A DNA stretch of 64,000 nucleotides from Candidatus Hadarchaeales archaeon. Lineage in GTDB: Archaea; Hadarchaeota; Hadarchaeia; Hadarchaeales; Hadarchaeaceae. The stretch spans positions 31,407 through 95,406 of the forward strand of contig JAVZGN010000003.1 in NCBI GenBank assembly GCA_038872135.1. The letters run 5' to 3'. This document shows, piece by piece, positions 16,810 through 27,007 of this stretch. Below the pieces are notes generated by a model. It ran no database searches and was not told where the DNA came from. It saw only the letters and a list, made by a program, of their open reading frames with translations. How positions within the stretch are numbered: the stretch's first letter is position 1; each line of letters begins with the position of its first letter. Made by a program: the position numbers and the translations under genes.

Positions 16810-17592
16810 ATGCATGAAAAGACTTGGATGTTTAAAGAAACAAGATTGAGGATAAAATGCGACATGAAAGAAGCGATAGATGTAGCAATAGACGCCGCAT
16901 TTAGAGCTAGGTGGGAAATAGAAAAAACCATCGCCCGATATCCTGAGTTTAGATGGTCGTTAATGCCGATTGAAATTCCAGGAAACCATCACAGAGTTGT
17001 AGAGCTCATGTTAAAAGCTGGAAAAATTGCTGATGTTGGGCCTTTTGCAGCGGTGGCTGGTGCAATCTCGCAAGTAGCCATGGAAGCAGCCCTTGAAGCT
17101 GGGGCAACCGACATCATCGTGGAAAATGGGGGAGACATTGCGCTAGCCGGTAGCCGAGAGTTTCGAGTGGGAATTTTTGCCGGCGAAAGCACAAGCTCTC
17201 TCGGCTTCCTCGTCAGACCTGAGGAGTTGCCCTTGGGTATATGCACGAGTTCTGGAACAGTGGGACATTCCATAAGCTTTGGGGATTCAGACGCCGTGGT
17301 AGTTGTGGCTAGAGAAGCTTCCATCGCAGATGCGGCGGCAACTTCTATTGGCAACGCCGTCAGAGGAGAAAATTTGTCTCAGTCTATCCATCTCGGGCTT
17401 GAGAGGGCGAAAAAAATCCCAGAGATCTTTGGATGCTTGGTGATAAGAAAAAATCAGATTGGAGTGTGGGGGAAATTGCCAGAGCTGATCACAAGTTCTG
17501 AATCAAAAGAGATTTCCCACACAATTTCAATGTATCAGAAGTATGCTCCGCCGGCCTTCTTATTTTCGGCACCCAAATCACTATATTTATAG
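16810..17592 (+). CDS. UPF0280/ApbE-like protein
   Basis: GPFAAVAGAI, ENGGDIA, CTSSGTVGHSISFG, ADAAAT. Confidence 0.88.
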   Translation: MHEKTWMFKETRLRIKCDMKEAIDVAIDAAFRARWEIEKTIARYPEFRWSLMPIEIPGNHHRVVELMLKAGKIADVGPFAAVAGAISQVAMEAALEAGATDIIVENGGDIALAGSREFRVGIFAGESTSSLGFLVRPEELPLGICTSSGTVGHSISFGDSDAVVVVAREASIADAAATSIGNAVRGENLSQSIHLGLERAKKIPEIFGCLVIRKNQIGVWGKLPELITSSESKEISHTISMYQKYAPPAFLFSAPKSLYL

Positions 17593-17757
17593 AATTTGTA
17601 GATGTTACCGGTGAGTTTCTTGCCCAGGAGAAAATACGGCCACATGGTTCACGCCTTGCCACAACCACCGCCGCCCGAGAAATGCAGATTTTGTAAGCTC
17701 GGCCGGTTTTGTCCATACCACTCGAAAGGCTACCAAAAACCAGCCAAGTGAAATGGG

Positions 17758-18729
17758 CTATTTTTTAAGTGCACAGAAGTGGGCGAGCATCGCTTCAAGC
17801 TGGATGCGCTCGTTCGCCCCCATTGCTATCCTGAATGAGAAATCTCCAACCTTTTCGATGAGCTCCAGCTTTTTCTCCTCCGGCACCTGAAGAGCAAAAA
17901 TTTCCCTGTGCACTTGAGCGAGAATGTCTTCCCCCGCCAGCCCCTGCTCTAGGAGAAGAGAGTAAAGCTTCTCCCTCGCCTGCTCAAACTTTCCATCCAG
18001 AGCCAGCGTGAGCATTTGCCTCACATCCTCCGGCCTCGCCATCGCAACCACCTCATAGATGGTTTTTTCATCAATTTTTTTCTTCACCGTTGCAGCTGCC
18101 TGTAGAATGTTTATTGCCCTCCTCATGTCACCCTCAGAGAGCTCGGCAATTGCCTTGTATGCCTTTGGATCAATTGTCAGGCCCTCCTCCTTCGCTATCC
18201 TCTTTAGCATCTTTTGTATGTCCTCTTCACCAAGTTTTTTAAACCTGAAAACCGCGCATCTCGATTGGATAGGTTCTATAATTCTGCTCGAGAAGTTGCA
18301 GTCTAAGATGAACCTGCAGATGTTAGAATACATCTCCATCGTCCTCCTCAAAGCATGCTGGGCATCCGCTGTGAGGGCATCTGCCTCGTCAAGGAGGATG
18401 AGTTTGAATGGGACATCTCCCATCGCAAGCCTCCTCGCGTAATCCTTCACCTTGGTCCTGATGGTATCTATCCCCCGCTCATCTGAGGCGTTGAGCTCGA
18501 GGAAGTTCTGCCGCCACCCCTCTCCAAAAAGCTCGCGGGCTATGCAGAGAGCAGCAGTTGTTTTCCCCGTCCCGGCTGGTCCCGCAAAGAGAAGGTGGGG
18601 GAGCGATTTCTTTGTCACAAAATTCTGTAGCCTAGAAACAATTTCTGTCTGCCCGACCATCTCCGAAAGCTTTTGTGGTCTATATTTCTCGACCCAGACG
18701 TCCTCCTCTCCTACCACCATATCCCCCAA
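17758..18729 (-). CDS. rfcS: Replication factor C small subunit
   Basis: WVEKYRP, GPAGTGKT, ELNASDERG, DEAD, SRC. Confidence 0.96.
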   Translation of the reverse strand: MGDMVVGEEDVWVEKYRPQKLSEMVGQTEIVSRLQNFVTKKSLPHLLFAGPAGTGKTTAALCIARELFGEGWRQNFLELNASDERGIDTIRTKVKDYARRLAMGDVPFKLILLDEADALTADAQHALRRTMEMYSNICRFILDCNFSSRIIEPIQSRCAVFRFKKLGEEDIQKMLKRIAKEEGLTIDPKAYKAIAELSEGDMRRAINILQAAATVKKKIDEKTIYEVVAMARPEDVRQMLTLALDGKFEQAREKLYSLLLEQGLAGEDILAQVHREIFALQVPEEKKLELIEKVGDFSFRIAMGANERIQLEAMLAHFCALKK

Positions 18730-18855
18730 ATTTCTCGCATCACGCTTAAAAATGGATTTTGGATGTGAGTGGCGCCGGTTTCGAACATTTGAGATTGGAG
18801 TCCGAAAGCTTCCTGGACTGATATTTTAAAGGAAGAGTTCAGATTAAGTTGTGCT

Positions 18856-21822
18856 ATGATAAAACCTGCAGAGAAATCTTACAATGCCCCAAAGACGGAG
18901 AAAGAGATCCAAAGCTGGTGGGAAAGGGAAAGAATCTACGAAAAGGTGAAAGAGTTGCGCAAAGATGGGCAGCCCTGGTACTTCCTGGATGGCCCCCCCT
19001 ACGCTAGTGGAGCCATTCATCTCGGAACCGCATGGAACAAGATAATTAAAGATGTTATTCTCAGATACAAGAGCGCCCGGGGCTTTAACATTAGGCGACA
19101 GCCTGGCTGGGACTGTCATGGATTGCCAATAGAGGTCAAAGTCGAGGAGAAGCTGGGCATTACCTCAAAGAAGGAGATAGAGGGAAGGATAGGGATAGCT
19201 GAGTTCATCAACAAGTGTAAGGAGTGGGCAATGGAGCATGTTAGCGTCATGACTTCTCAATTCAAGCGGTTGGGCGTCTGGATGGACTGGGACTCCCCCT
19301 ACATCACCTTCAGGAATGACTACATCGAGGCTGCTTGGTGGACGCTGAAAAAGGCCTATGAAAAAGGGCTGATGAAAAAATTCATGAGGGTCATTCACTG
19401 GTGCCCCAGGTGTGAAACGGCATTGGCTGAGCACGAGGTGAGAGGGGAGTACTATGATGTTCGGGACCCGTCCATCTATGTGCGGTTCAAGATAAGAGGA
19501 AAGGAAAATGAATATCTCCTCGTGTGGACGACCACTCCATGGACCCTCCCCGCGGACATGGCTGTCTGCGTTCACCCAGCCTATGAATATGCGAAGGTGA
19601 AGGTTGGTGAACAGACATACATCTTGGCGTGGGGGCTTGTGGACAGGGTGATGGCCGAGCTAGGAATTTCTGACTATCACGTCGTTGAAGTTATCCTTGG
19701 GAAGGAGCTGGAAGGGATCCAGTATGAGCATCCGCTCCTTGAAGAGGTTCCAAAACAGCAGGAATTCATTCAGCATCATAGGGTGATTCTCGGAGAGCAT
19801 GTGACGTTGGAAGAGGGAACGGGGTGCGTCCACACGGCTCCTGGCCATGGTGAAGAGGACTTTGAGGTTGGCCAGAAATACAATCTCCCTGTTTTTTCAC
19901 CCGTGGCCCCCAACGGAACTTTCACCCAGGATGCAGGGAAGTATGCGGGAATTTTTGTGAAAGAAGCAGATCCCACAATAATTCAGGACCTCGCAAAGAA
20001 AGGGGTTCTAATGAAGGGCGGAACAATAGTTCACTCCTATCCCCACTGCTGGAGGTGCAAGACGGCCCTCCTCTTCAGAGCAACCGAGCAGTGGTTCATT
20101 GTTGTGAAGGATATGAAAAAGGAAATCTTGGAGAAGAACGCAAGAGGAGTGAGGTGGATTCCCCAATGGGTTGCCACGAGATATGAGAATGGAGTAGCAT
20201 CGGTTGGAGACTGGTGTATCTCCAGGCAGAGGTACTGGGGAATTCCTCTTCCCATCTGGGTGTGCGAGAAGTGTGGGGAAATCACAGTGGTGGGTGGAAT
20301 GGAGGAGCTAAAAGCCCTTGCGCCGGGGACTCCATCCGACCTTGATCTTCACCGCCCTGCTGTCGATGAAATAACTTTCCCCTGCAACTGCGGTGGAAAG
20401 AAGCGGAGGGTTCCAGATGTCCTCGATGTGTGGTTTGACTCCGGGGTAGCCTCCTGGGCGAGTTTGGATTATCCAAAGAAGGAGATGGAAAGATGGCCCG
20501 CAGACTTCATAACTGAGGGAGAGGACCAGGTCACAAAGTGGTTCTACAGCCAGCAGGTTCTCTCGGTGGTCGCTTTTGGAGATGTCCCCTACAGAACTGC
20601 TCTCATGCATGGATTCGCCCTGGATGAGAAGGGACGAAAGATGTCGAAATCCCTTGGAAATGTTGTCGAGCCTGAGGAGGTTGCTGAAAAGCTTGGTGCT
20701 GATGTCCTGAGGTTCTACATGCTCTCAGCGACCCCAGTGTGGGAGGATCTAAAGTTCAGTTGGGAGGGCGCTAGGACGGTTGAGAGGCTTCTGGGCATTC
20801 TGTGGAACATCCATGTCTTCGCCACAACCTATATGGCCCTCGATGGATTTGATCCCGGGAAAGTCGATCCAGAAGAGATCCAAGGATATTTCTCCCCCGA
20901 GGACAGATGGCTGCTTTCGAGAATCAACACGGTTGTTAGAGATGTAACAGCGGCACTAGAAAATTTTGAGCTTCAGGAGGCCACAAGGGTCCTCGCTAAC
21001 TTCATCGTCGAGGACCTCAGCCGCTGGTACATAAAGCTCATTAGAAACAGGGTGTGGATAGAAAAAGAGGATCCAAGGAAGATTGCCGCATATGTTGTGC
21101 TTTATCAGACAATGCATGTTCTCATGAGACTTCTTTCACCATTCATGCCCCACATTACCGAAGTCATCTATAGGGATCTCGTGAGGTCGGTGGCACCATC
21201 CGCCCCGGAAAGCGTCCACATGCTACCATGGCCGGAGCCCGATGAAACTGTGATTGACAAGGAGATTGAGCGGGGGATGGAGATGGTGAAGAGATTTGTG
21301 GAAACTGGAGCGAGGCTGAGGCAAGAATCTGGTCTGAAGCTCCGATGGCCTGTGAGAAGGGTTATTCTGAGGGCTTCTAACAAGGACGACAAAAGGCTTC
21401 TGCTGAGGCTAGAAGATCTTCTCAAAACACAGCTCAACTGCAAGGAGCTAACAATTCTCGGTCCTGGAGATGCCCTTCTATCGCTGGCTGGAGGAAAGTT
21501 CAAGTCATCGGAAATTGAGGGAGGGAAGATAACAATTGACCTAGAAAGAGATGAGGCGCTGCTCGCCGAAGCCATGGCAAGGGAAGTTGTGAGGAGATTT
21601 CAGGTGATGAGGAAGGAGATGGGGCTCGAGATGGAGGAGAGGGTGGATGCGGGGATTGTCGGGGAGGAGGATGATATGCGGCTCCTATCCACCCAGCAAG
21701 ACTATATCAAGAGAGAAGTGAGAATAAACAATTTAGATTTTGGCAAAGAGCTTCCAGCTTCATTTAAGAAAAAGTGGAAGATCGATGAAAAGGAATTTCT
21801 CTTATGTCTGAAGAAGCTCTAA
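18856..21822 (+). CDS. ileS: Isoleucyl-tRNA synthetase
   Basis: DGPPYA..IHLGT, GWDCHGLP, WTTTPWTLP, DWCISRQRYWG, KMSKS. Confidence 0.96.
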   Translation: MIKPAEKSYNAPKTEKEIQSWWERERIYEKVKELRKDGQPWYFLDGPPYASGAIHLGTAWNKIIKDVILRYKSARGFNIRRQPGWDCHGLPIEVKVEEKLGITSKKEIEGRIGIAEFINKCKEWAMEHVSVMTSQFKRLGVWMDWDSPYITFRNDYIEAAWWTLKKAYEKGLMKKFMRVIHWCPRCETALAEHEVRGEYYDVRDPSIYVRFKIRGKENEYLLVWTTTPWTLPADMAVCVHPAYEYAKVKVGEQTYILAWGLVDRVMAELGISDYHVVEVILGKELEGIQYEHPLLEEVPKQQEFIQHHRVILGEHVTLEEGTGCVHTAPGHGEEDFEVGQKYNLPVFSPVAPNGTFTQDAGKYAGIFVKEADPTIIQDLAKKGVLMKGGTIVHSYPHCWRCKTALLFRATEQWFIVVKDMKKEILEKNARGVRWIPQWVATRYENGVASVGDWCISRQRYWGIPLPIWVCEKCGEITVVGGMEELKALAPGTPSDLDLHRPAVDEITFPCNCGGKKRRVPDVLDVWFDSGVASWASLDYPKKEMERWPADFITEGEDQVTKWFYSQQVLSVVAFGDVPYRTALMHGFALDEKGRKMSKSLGNVVEPEEVAEKLGADVLRFYMLSATPVWEDLKFSWEGARTVERLLGILWNIHVFATTYMALDGFDPGKVDPEEIQGYFSPEDRWLLSRINTVVRDVTAALENFELQEATRVLANFIVEDLSRWYIKLIRNRVWIEKEDPRKIAAYVVLYQTMHVLMRLLSPFMPHITEVIYRDLVRSVAPSAPESVHMLPWPEPDETVIDKEIERGMEMVKRFVETGARLRQESGLKLRWPVRRVILRASNKDDKRLLLRLEDLLKTQLNCKELTILGPGDALLSLAGGKFKSSEIEGGKITIDLERDEALLAEAMAREVVRRFQVMRKEMGLEMEERVDAGIVGEEDDMRLLSTQQDYIKREVRINNLDFGKELPASFKKKWKIDEKEFLLCLKKL

Positions 21823-21825
21823 GCC

Positions 21826-23172
21826 TCAAATGTATTTCTTCACTCCTTCAAGCAAGACAACTTTGAGTTCCTCGAGCTCCTCCTGGCTCCTAGCTTCTGC
21901 CATTACTCTGGCCTTGGGCTCTGTCCCCGAGACCCTTGCAAGAACCCAGCTTCCATCCCTTCTGTGAATCCTCAGCCCATCAACCTCCAGGATATCTTTT
22001 ACATCCGTTATTTTTTCCAGAAGATATTTTTTCATTCCGACCATGAACTCCCGCTTACGATCGTCCGGACACCTCAGATCCTGATGAAACATTGGGTAAT
22101 CTGGGACTCTTTCTCTGAAAATTTCAGATATCGGCTTTCCGGCTTTGGTTACTAGTTCCACAAGTTTTGCGGCACCGAGGATTCCGTCCGCCCAGTCTCC
22201 AAACTCTCGAAAGACGAGTTTTCCCGGCTCCCCCGCAAAACATGCCCCATGTTTGAACATCTCTTCTGTGAACCTCCCAAGCCCCGTCCTCACAGTTTTC
22301 CCCCCTGCCCTGGCCACCACTTCCTCAATTGCCACCGAGGTATTCACGCTGGTGACGACCACTCCACCACGACTTTTCCTCACAGCCTCCTCAGCAAAAA
22401 TTGCTATCAGAGCATCATGCTTAATGAAGTTTCCCTTTTCATCTACCGCAGCAACTCTGTCTGCATCTCCGTCGTGTGCGATCCCGAGATCCGCCCCGAC
22501 ATCTTTCACAACCCGCATGAGATCTGTGAGGTTCCAGGGCTGGGGCTCAGGTGGCCTTCCGGGAAAGTGGCCATCGTGGTGAGAATTTATCGTCACAACT
22601 TTGCACCCCAGCTCCCTCAGGAGAACTGGAGTGACCTGCGATGCCGCCCCATTCGCACAATCAACCACTACTTTGATCTCCCGCTCCACCTTCACTTGAT
22701 TCTTGATTGCTTCGATGTACGGAGGAATTGCACTATGAAAGTGAAGGTTACCAATGGAATCCCATGAAGCTGGCTGTGGCTGCTCATCCAAAACCAGTCT
22801 TTCCATTTCAATCTCATCCTCTGAGGTGAATTCTCTCCCATCTCCATGATAAAATGCGATTCCATTATCGGGGGGAGGATTGTGAGATGCTGTAATCATC
22901 GCCCCAGCGCTGGCTCCCAACCTTCTGGTCGTGAAGGCCAAGCAAGGTGAAGGAACAATTCCAATTTCTACAACATCTGAACCCCCAGAAAGGGCTCCAG
23001 CGGTAAATGCTCTGAGAAGCATCTCCCCAGATGTTCTTGCATCTCTTCCAACAACAATTTTTCCACGATTGGTTTTTCTTGAAATCGCGAGCCCCAGCCT
23101 AAGCATAAGCTCCGGAGTTACCTTAGTTGAAATTGGCCCCCTTATCCCCCGCGTTCCAAAAAGCCGCTTCAT
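21826..23172 (-). CDS. Phosphohexomutase (phosphoglucosamine/phosphomannomutase family)
   Basis: LFGT.GIRG, TASHNP, DGDADR, RVSGTEP. Confidence 0.9.
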   Translation of the reverse strand: MKRLFGTRGIRGPISTKVTPELMLRLGLAISRKTNRGKIVVGRDARTSGEMLLRAFTAGALSGGSDVVEIGIVPSPCLAFTTRRLGASAGAMITASHNPPPDNGIAFYHGDGREFTSEDEIEMERLVLDEQPQPASWDSIGNLHFHSAIPPYIEAIKNQVKVEREIKVVVDCANGAASQVTPVLLRELGCKVVTINSHHDGHFPGRPPEPQPWNLTDLMRVVKDVGADLGIAHDGDADRVAAVDEKGNFIKHDALIAIFAEEAVRKSRGGVVVTSVNTSVAIEEVVARAGGKTVRTGLGRFTEEMFKHGACFAGEPGKLVFREFGDWADGILGAAKLVELVTKAGKPISEIFRERVPDYPMFHQDLRCPDDRKREFMVGMKKYLLEKITDVKDILEVDGLRIHRRDGSWVLARVSGTEPKARVMAEARSQEELEELKVVLLEGVKKYI

Positions 23173-25011
23173 TCATTCACCTAGCAACTCTGGGATCTGG
23201 AGTTCAATTAATTTTTCTTTTTTCGGCACCCCATTCTCACCCCATCCTCTTACTTGGTAATAGTCATCCAGCATTTTTCCGAGATTTTCTCTTCCGATGT
23301 TTTTTCCTGGCAACTCGGGCGTAGATTCTTCCAACAGCCTTGGAGGAAGCGTATCATCTTTCCTAGAGATTCCATCTCTCACGGCTATCAACCTCTCAAC
23401 ATTGTATATCCTTTCCCCAGTCCTTACAAGCTCTTGAGCGCTGAAATTCCATCCCGTCACGAGGGCCAGAATTCTCCGCATTTCTTCTACCCCTATGCAT
23501 CTGGTAGCGAAGACGCATACTCCCATGGAATCCACAACAGCTCTGACATTCTGAAGTTCTGCCACCAGCTGTCCCTTCCCCTCCGTGGAAAATCTATCAT
23601 ATTTTGGTGTTAGAATTTCAACTCCAATCGTCCAAGCTTTCAGATGACATCCTCCTCTGCAGGAAGTGGCATATGCCAGAGCCATTCCCCAGGCGCCTCT
23701 CGGGTCGTATGCAGGGATTTCCAGCCCTTTCACGTGTATTGCAAATCTCTCAGCGCCTCTTCCGATCTTTTCTGCTGCTCTCTTTACTCCCTCCGCGAGC
23801 AGATCTCCCACCCCATCTCTTCGGGCTATTTTCTCAATCATCGGCACTAGCGCTTCATGATTTCCAAATTTCAGATCCAGCCCCACTTCCTCTTTTTTCA
23901 AAAGTCCTCTTTCAAAGCACTCCATTGCAAACCCAATGACATTTCCGGTGGAAATAGTATCCAATCCATAAACATCGCACCAGAAGTTGGCGGCGGCAAT
24001 TGCGTCGAGCCTCCCAACCCCGCACTGCGCCCCAAAGCTCCAAATCGTCTCATATTCTGGCCCATCGATCGTAATTCCTTTATATGGGCCATTGTCAATT
24101 GTGCTATATTTTCCACTTGCGATTGAGCATGCATAACATGCGGTATCCCTTTTGACTATCGTTTCCCTCATCTTCTCCGCCCTTAGCTCATCTGCAAATT
24201 CAAATGCCCCCCGCTGAAAATTCTTGGTGGGCCACATCTTTGCTTCATTTATAGGTCCGACAAACTGCGGGGTTCCCCATCTCGAGAAATTTTTCACCAG
24301 CTCATTTGTCTGGATATTCCTCGTGAGCTCTTTCGCGAATTCCACCAACCCTTCTTCATCTGCAACTTCTATCTTTCCATGTCCCCTCACAGCAACTGCC
24401 TTGAGATTTTTTGAACCCATTACTGCTCCAATTCCTCCTCTCCCAAGAGATCCTCCCCTTCCGCCGTGAGCCACATCCACTTGGATTGATGCAAACCTTA
24501 CGAGGTTTTCCCCTGCAGGACCGATGCTGGCGATAGATGTCTTTTTATCCCCGAGTTCTCTCCTTATCTCCCTTTCAGCTTCATCAACATTTTTTCCCCA
24601 AATGCCGCTCGCATCCTCGATCTTCACCTCTCCGTCGGCAACAAAAATCCAAGCGGGGTTTTTCGCCCGGCCGGTAATGATAATCCCATCAAAACCTGCA
24701 AACTTTAGCTCCGATCCAAAGAAGCTTCCGGCCGACGAGCAGAGGTATGTACCTGTTAACGGTGATTTCGTCACGGCTTCCCACCTCGCACACCCCGAGA
24801 GTGGCGTTCCAGTCGCAGGCCCGGTAAGAAATATCAGCGGATTTGAGGGCGAAAATGGATCGATGCGCGCGCCGGTTTTCATGTAAAGGATCGCCGCCCC
24901 GAGACCTCTCCCTCCAAGAAATGCCCGTGCAAGTTTTTCTGGAGTCTTTCTCTCCAATACCTCTCTATCAGAGAGATCTACCTCGAGAATTTTTCCCGCA
25001 TAGCCAAACAT
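23173..25011 (-). CDS. Aldehyde:ferredoxin oxidoreductase family (tungsten enzyme)
   Basis: GYAGKILEVDL, GRGGIGAVMGSKNLKA, CxxCxxxS, EYET, DVYGLDTIS, RGGCH. Confidence 0.92.
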   Translation of the reverse strand: MFGYAGKILEVDLSDREVLERKTPEKLARAFLGGRGLGAAILYMKTGARIDPFSPSNPLIFLTGPATGTPLSGCARWEAVTKSPLTGTYLCSSAGSFFGSELKFAGFDGIIITGRAKNPAWIFVADGEVKIEDASGIWGKNVDEAEREIRRELGDKKTSIASIGPAGENLVRFASIQVDVAHGGRGGSLGRGGIGAVMGSKNLKAVAVRGHGKIEVADEEGLVEFAKELTRNIQTNELVKNFSRWGTPQFVGPINEAKMWPTKNFQRGAFEFADELRAEKMRETIVKRDTACYACSIASGKYSTIDNGPYKGITIDGPEYETIWSFGAQCGVGRLDAIAAANFWCDVYGLDTISTGNVIGFAMECFERGLLKKEEVGLDLKFGNHEALVPMIEKIARRDGVGDLLAEGVKRAAEKIGRGAERFAIHVKGLEIPAYDPRGAWGMALAYATSCRGGCHLKAWTIGVEILTPKYDRFSTEGKGQLVAELQNVRAVVDSMGVCVFATRCIGVEEMRRILALVTGWNFSAQELVRTGERIYNVERLIAVRDGISRKDDTLPPRLLEESTPELPGKNIGRENLGKMLDDYYQVRGWGENGVPKKEKLIELQIPELLGE

Positions 25012-25044
25012 GCTATCACCCATCACCTACATCAAAAATAAAGC

Positions 25045-26745
25045 TTACTTGTGGGCATATATCCCAATTACTTCCGGGGTGATTTTTTCTATCCTAACAA
25101 ATCCAAATCTTTCCAGTTGTACAACTGCCCCTGGCTCAAGCCCAGCTATGGCTGGCTCGGCAAGCCCGCGAGAGGAACTCCCATCCGGGAAAAGCACCTC
25201 CATTGGGAGGGCGGCTTTCGACACCCACTGAAACTTCGGCACGTCGATCACACCAAGTCCAAAGAACTCGCCCTCAAGGATTTCGCCCTTTTTTGTGAGC
25301 CTCACATTCATAAGATCCTTCAGCCTGAAGATATCTCCCTCTTTCAGCCCCTTGAGATCGTCCCATGAAACATGAAAGACCATTCTACCATCATCGATCT
25401 CTAGCGGGATCACCCTCTCCCCCGCCTCCGGATCGCTTGGATGAAGACGTAGCTTCACTTCTTTTATCACTGGAAATCCGGAGACGACGAGCTTTCTTGG
25501 ATTAGCAACAAAGAAGTAGCGCCCGGCTTTTTTGTCCAAGATCTTCCTATTGTAGGAGTAGAGGTTCTCCCAGCTTATTGAGGAGTCTACTAGGGTTATC
25601 CCTACATCTAAAATCAGTTGCCTTATGGCCTCTGGGGATATTCCCCTTCTCCTCAACGCCGCAATAGTGGCAAGCCGGATGTCATCGTAGCCGAAAATTT
25701 TCCCCTCTTTTATTTCCCTGACTATTTGGGATTTGCTGAGGGGCGCCCCGGGAACATTGAGCCTCCCATATTGAATTGCAATCGGATATTCCCAGCCAAA
25801 ATGTGCGTAGAGAGTGCGTTGTCTTTCCTCATTCACCTCATGCTCTTTCCCGCGCAGGATGTGTGTTATCCCCATTAAATGGTCGTCAATGGAAACGGAA
25901 AAATTGTAAAGGGGCCACACCAAAAATTTTTTGCCCACCCTTGGATGCGGCGTTTTGACCACCCTTAAAGCTGGCCATTCTCTAACAGCGGGATTTGGAT
26001 GGCTCAAATCTGTTTTGATTCTCACCACAGCCTCCCCCTCGTTGTAGTCCCCGGCGATCATCCTCCTCCACCTTTCAAGGTTTGTTGATGGCGAAAGATC
26101 GCGGCAGGGACATGGTTCTCCCCGATCCCTGTGAAATTTGAAATCTTCAGCGGGGCATGTACAAACATATGCCTTCCCCTCTTTCAGAAGCAGCTCTGCA
26201 TGGTCATAGTAAATCTGAATCCTATCCGACTGAACATGCTCCTCATCCCAACTCAGTCCCAGCCACCTCAGATCTCGCTTTATCAGCTCATACATCTCCG
26301 GAAGAACATTTTCAGGGTTTGTGTCCTCAAATCTCAGGATGAACTTTCCCCCATACTTCCTCGCGTACTCATGGCTCAGGATTGCGGCCCGAGTGTTCCC
26401 GAGATGAATGGGGCCGTTTGGGTTGGGAGCAAATCTCGTCACGACCATCTTGCCCTTTTCTACCCCGGGGAGCTCTGGAAGTCCTCTCATCTTTTCTTTT
26501 TTAATGAGCTCGACCTTTCCGACCTCCTCCATCCTCCTCTCTTGCTCTTCCGGAGGGAGAGAGTTCACCTCATTGACGATTTCGTCGATCATCGCCTTCA
26601 GCTCAGAGATTTTGGCTTTCCAGCTTGGGAATTCAGCGATTATCTTTCCCATAACTGCTCCTACATCTGCCATGCCACCATGAGCAACCGCATTGGCCAG
26701 CGCCCACCTCAGAATCTCCACGCGAATGTCTTCCATTAACTCCAC
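25045..26745 (-). CDS. gltX: Glutamyl-tRNA synthetase (archaeal type)
   Basis: RFAPNPNGPIHLGN, RFEDTNP, THILRGKEH, LSKS. Confidence 0.95.
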   Translation of the reverse strand: MELMEDIRVEILRWALANAVAHGGMADVGAVMGKIIAEFPSWKAKISELKAMIDEIVNEVNSLPPEEQERRMEEVGKVELIKKEKMRGLPELPGVEKGKMVVTRFAPNPNGPIHLGNTRAAILSHEYARKYGGKFILRFEDTNPENVLPEMYELIKRDLRWLGLSWDEEHVQSDRIQIYYDHAELLLKEGKAYVCTCPAEDFKFHRDRGEPCPCRDLSPSTNLERWRRMIAGDYNEGEAVVRIKTDLSHPNPAVREWPALRVVKTPHPRVGKKFLVWPLYNFSVSIDDHLMGITHILRGKEHEVNEERQRTLYAHFGWEYPIAIQYGRLNVPGAPLSKSQIVREIKEGKIFGYDDIRLATIAALRRRGISPEAIRQLILDVGITLVDSSISWENLYSYNRKILDKKAGRYFFVANPRKLVVSGFPVIKEVKLRLHPSDPEAGERVIPLEIDDGRMVFHVSWDDLKGLKEGDIFRLKDLMNVRLTKKGEILEGEFFGLGVIDVPKFQWVSKAALPMEVLFPDGSSSRGLAEPAIAGLEPGAVVQLERFGFVRIEKITPEVIGIYAHK

Positions 26746-27007
26746 CCGAGTTCTGAGTTCATTTCCTCCTGGATAAAAAAGTCTTTTTGAAAGGGTGAGG
26801 GATTTCGTGCATGAAGTTGACGCAATTCTTTAAGGCGGAGCCTCGGGTTTTGAGCAATACTTTTGTGACTGCCTTCAACCTGAAACTCAGGGCATTAAAG
26901 CTGTGAAATGCTTGTTTTTGTCATCTGAGCTTTCGATGCCCTGCGCGCATAAGCGTAAGGTTTTTAAGACATACTATTATACTAATCCAGAATATTGGTG
27001 ATGTGAT

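Noticed and set aside
17758-21822. Inteins in RFC-S or IleRS
   Set aside because: Both proteins are of normal length with contiguous motifs
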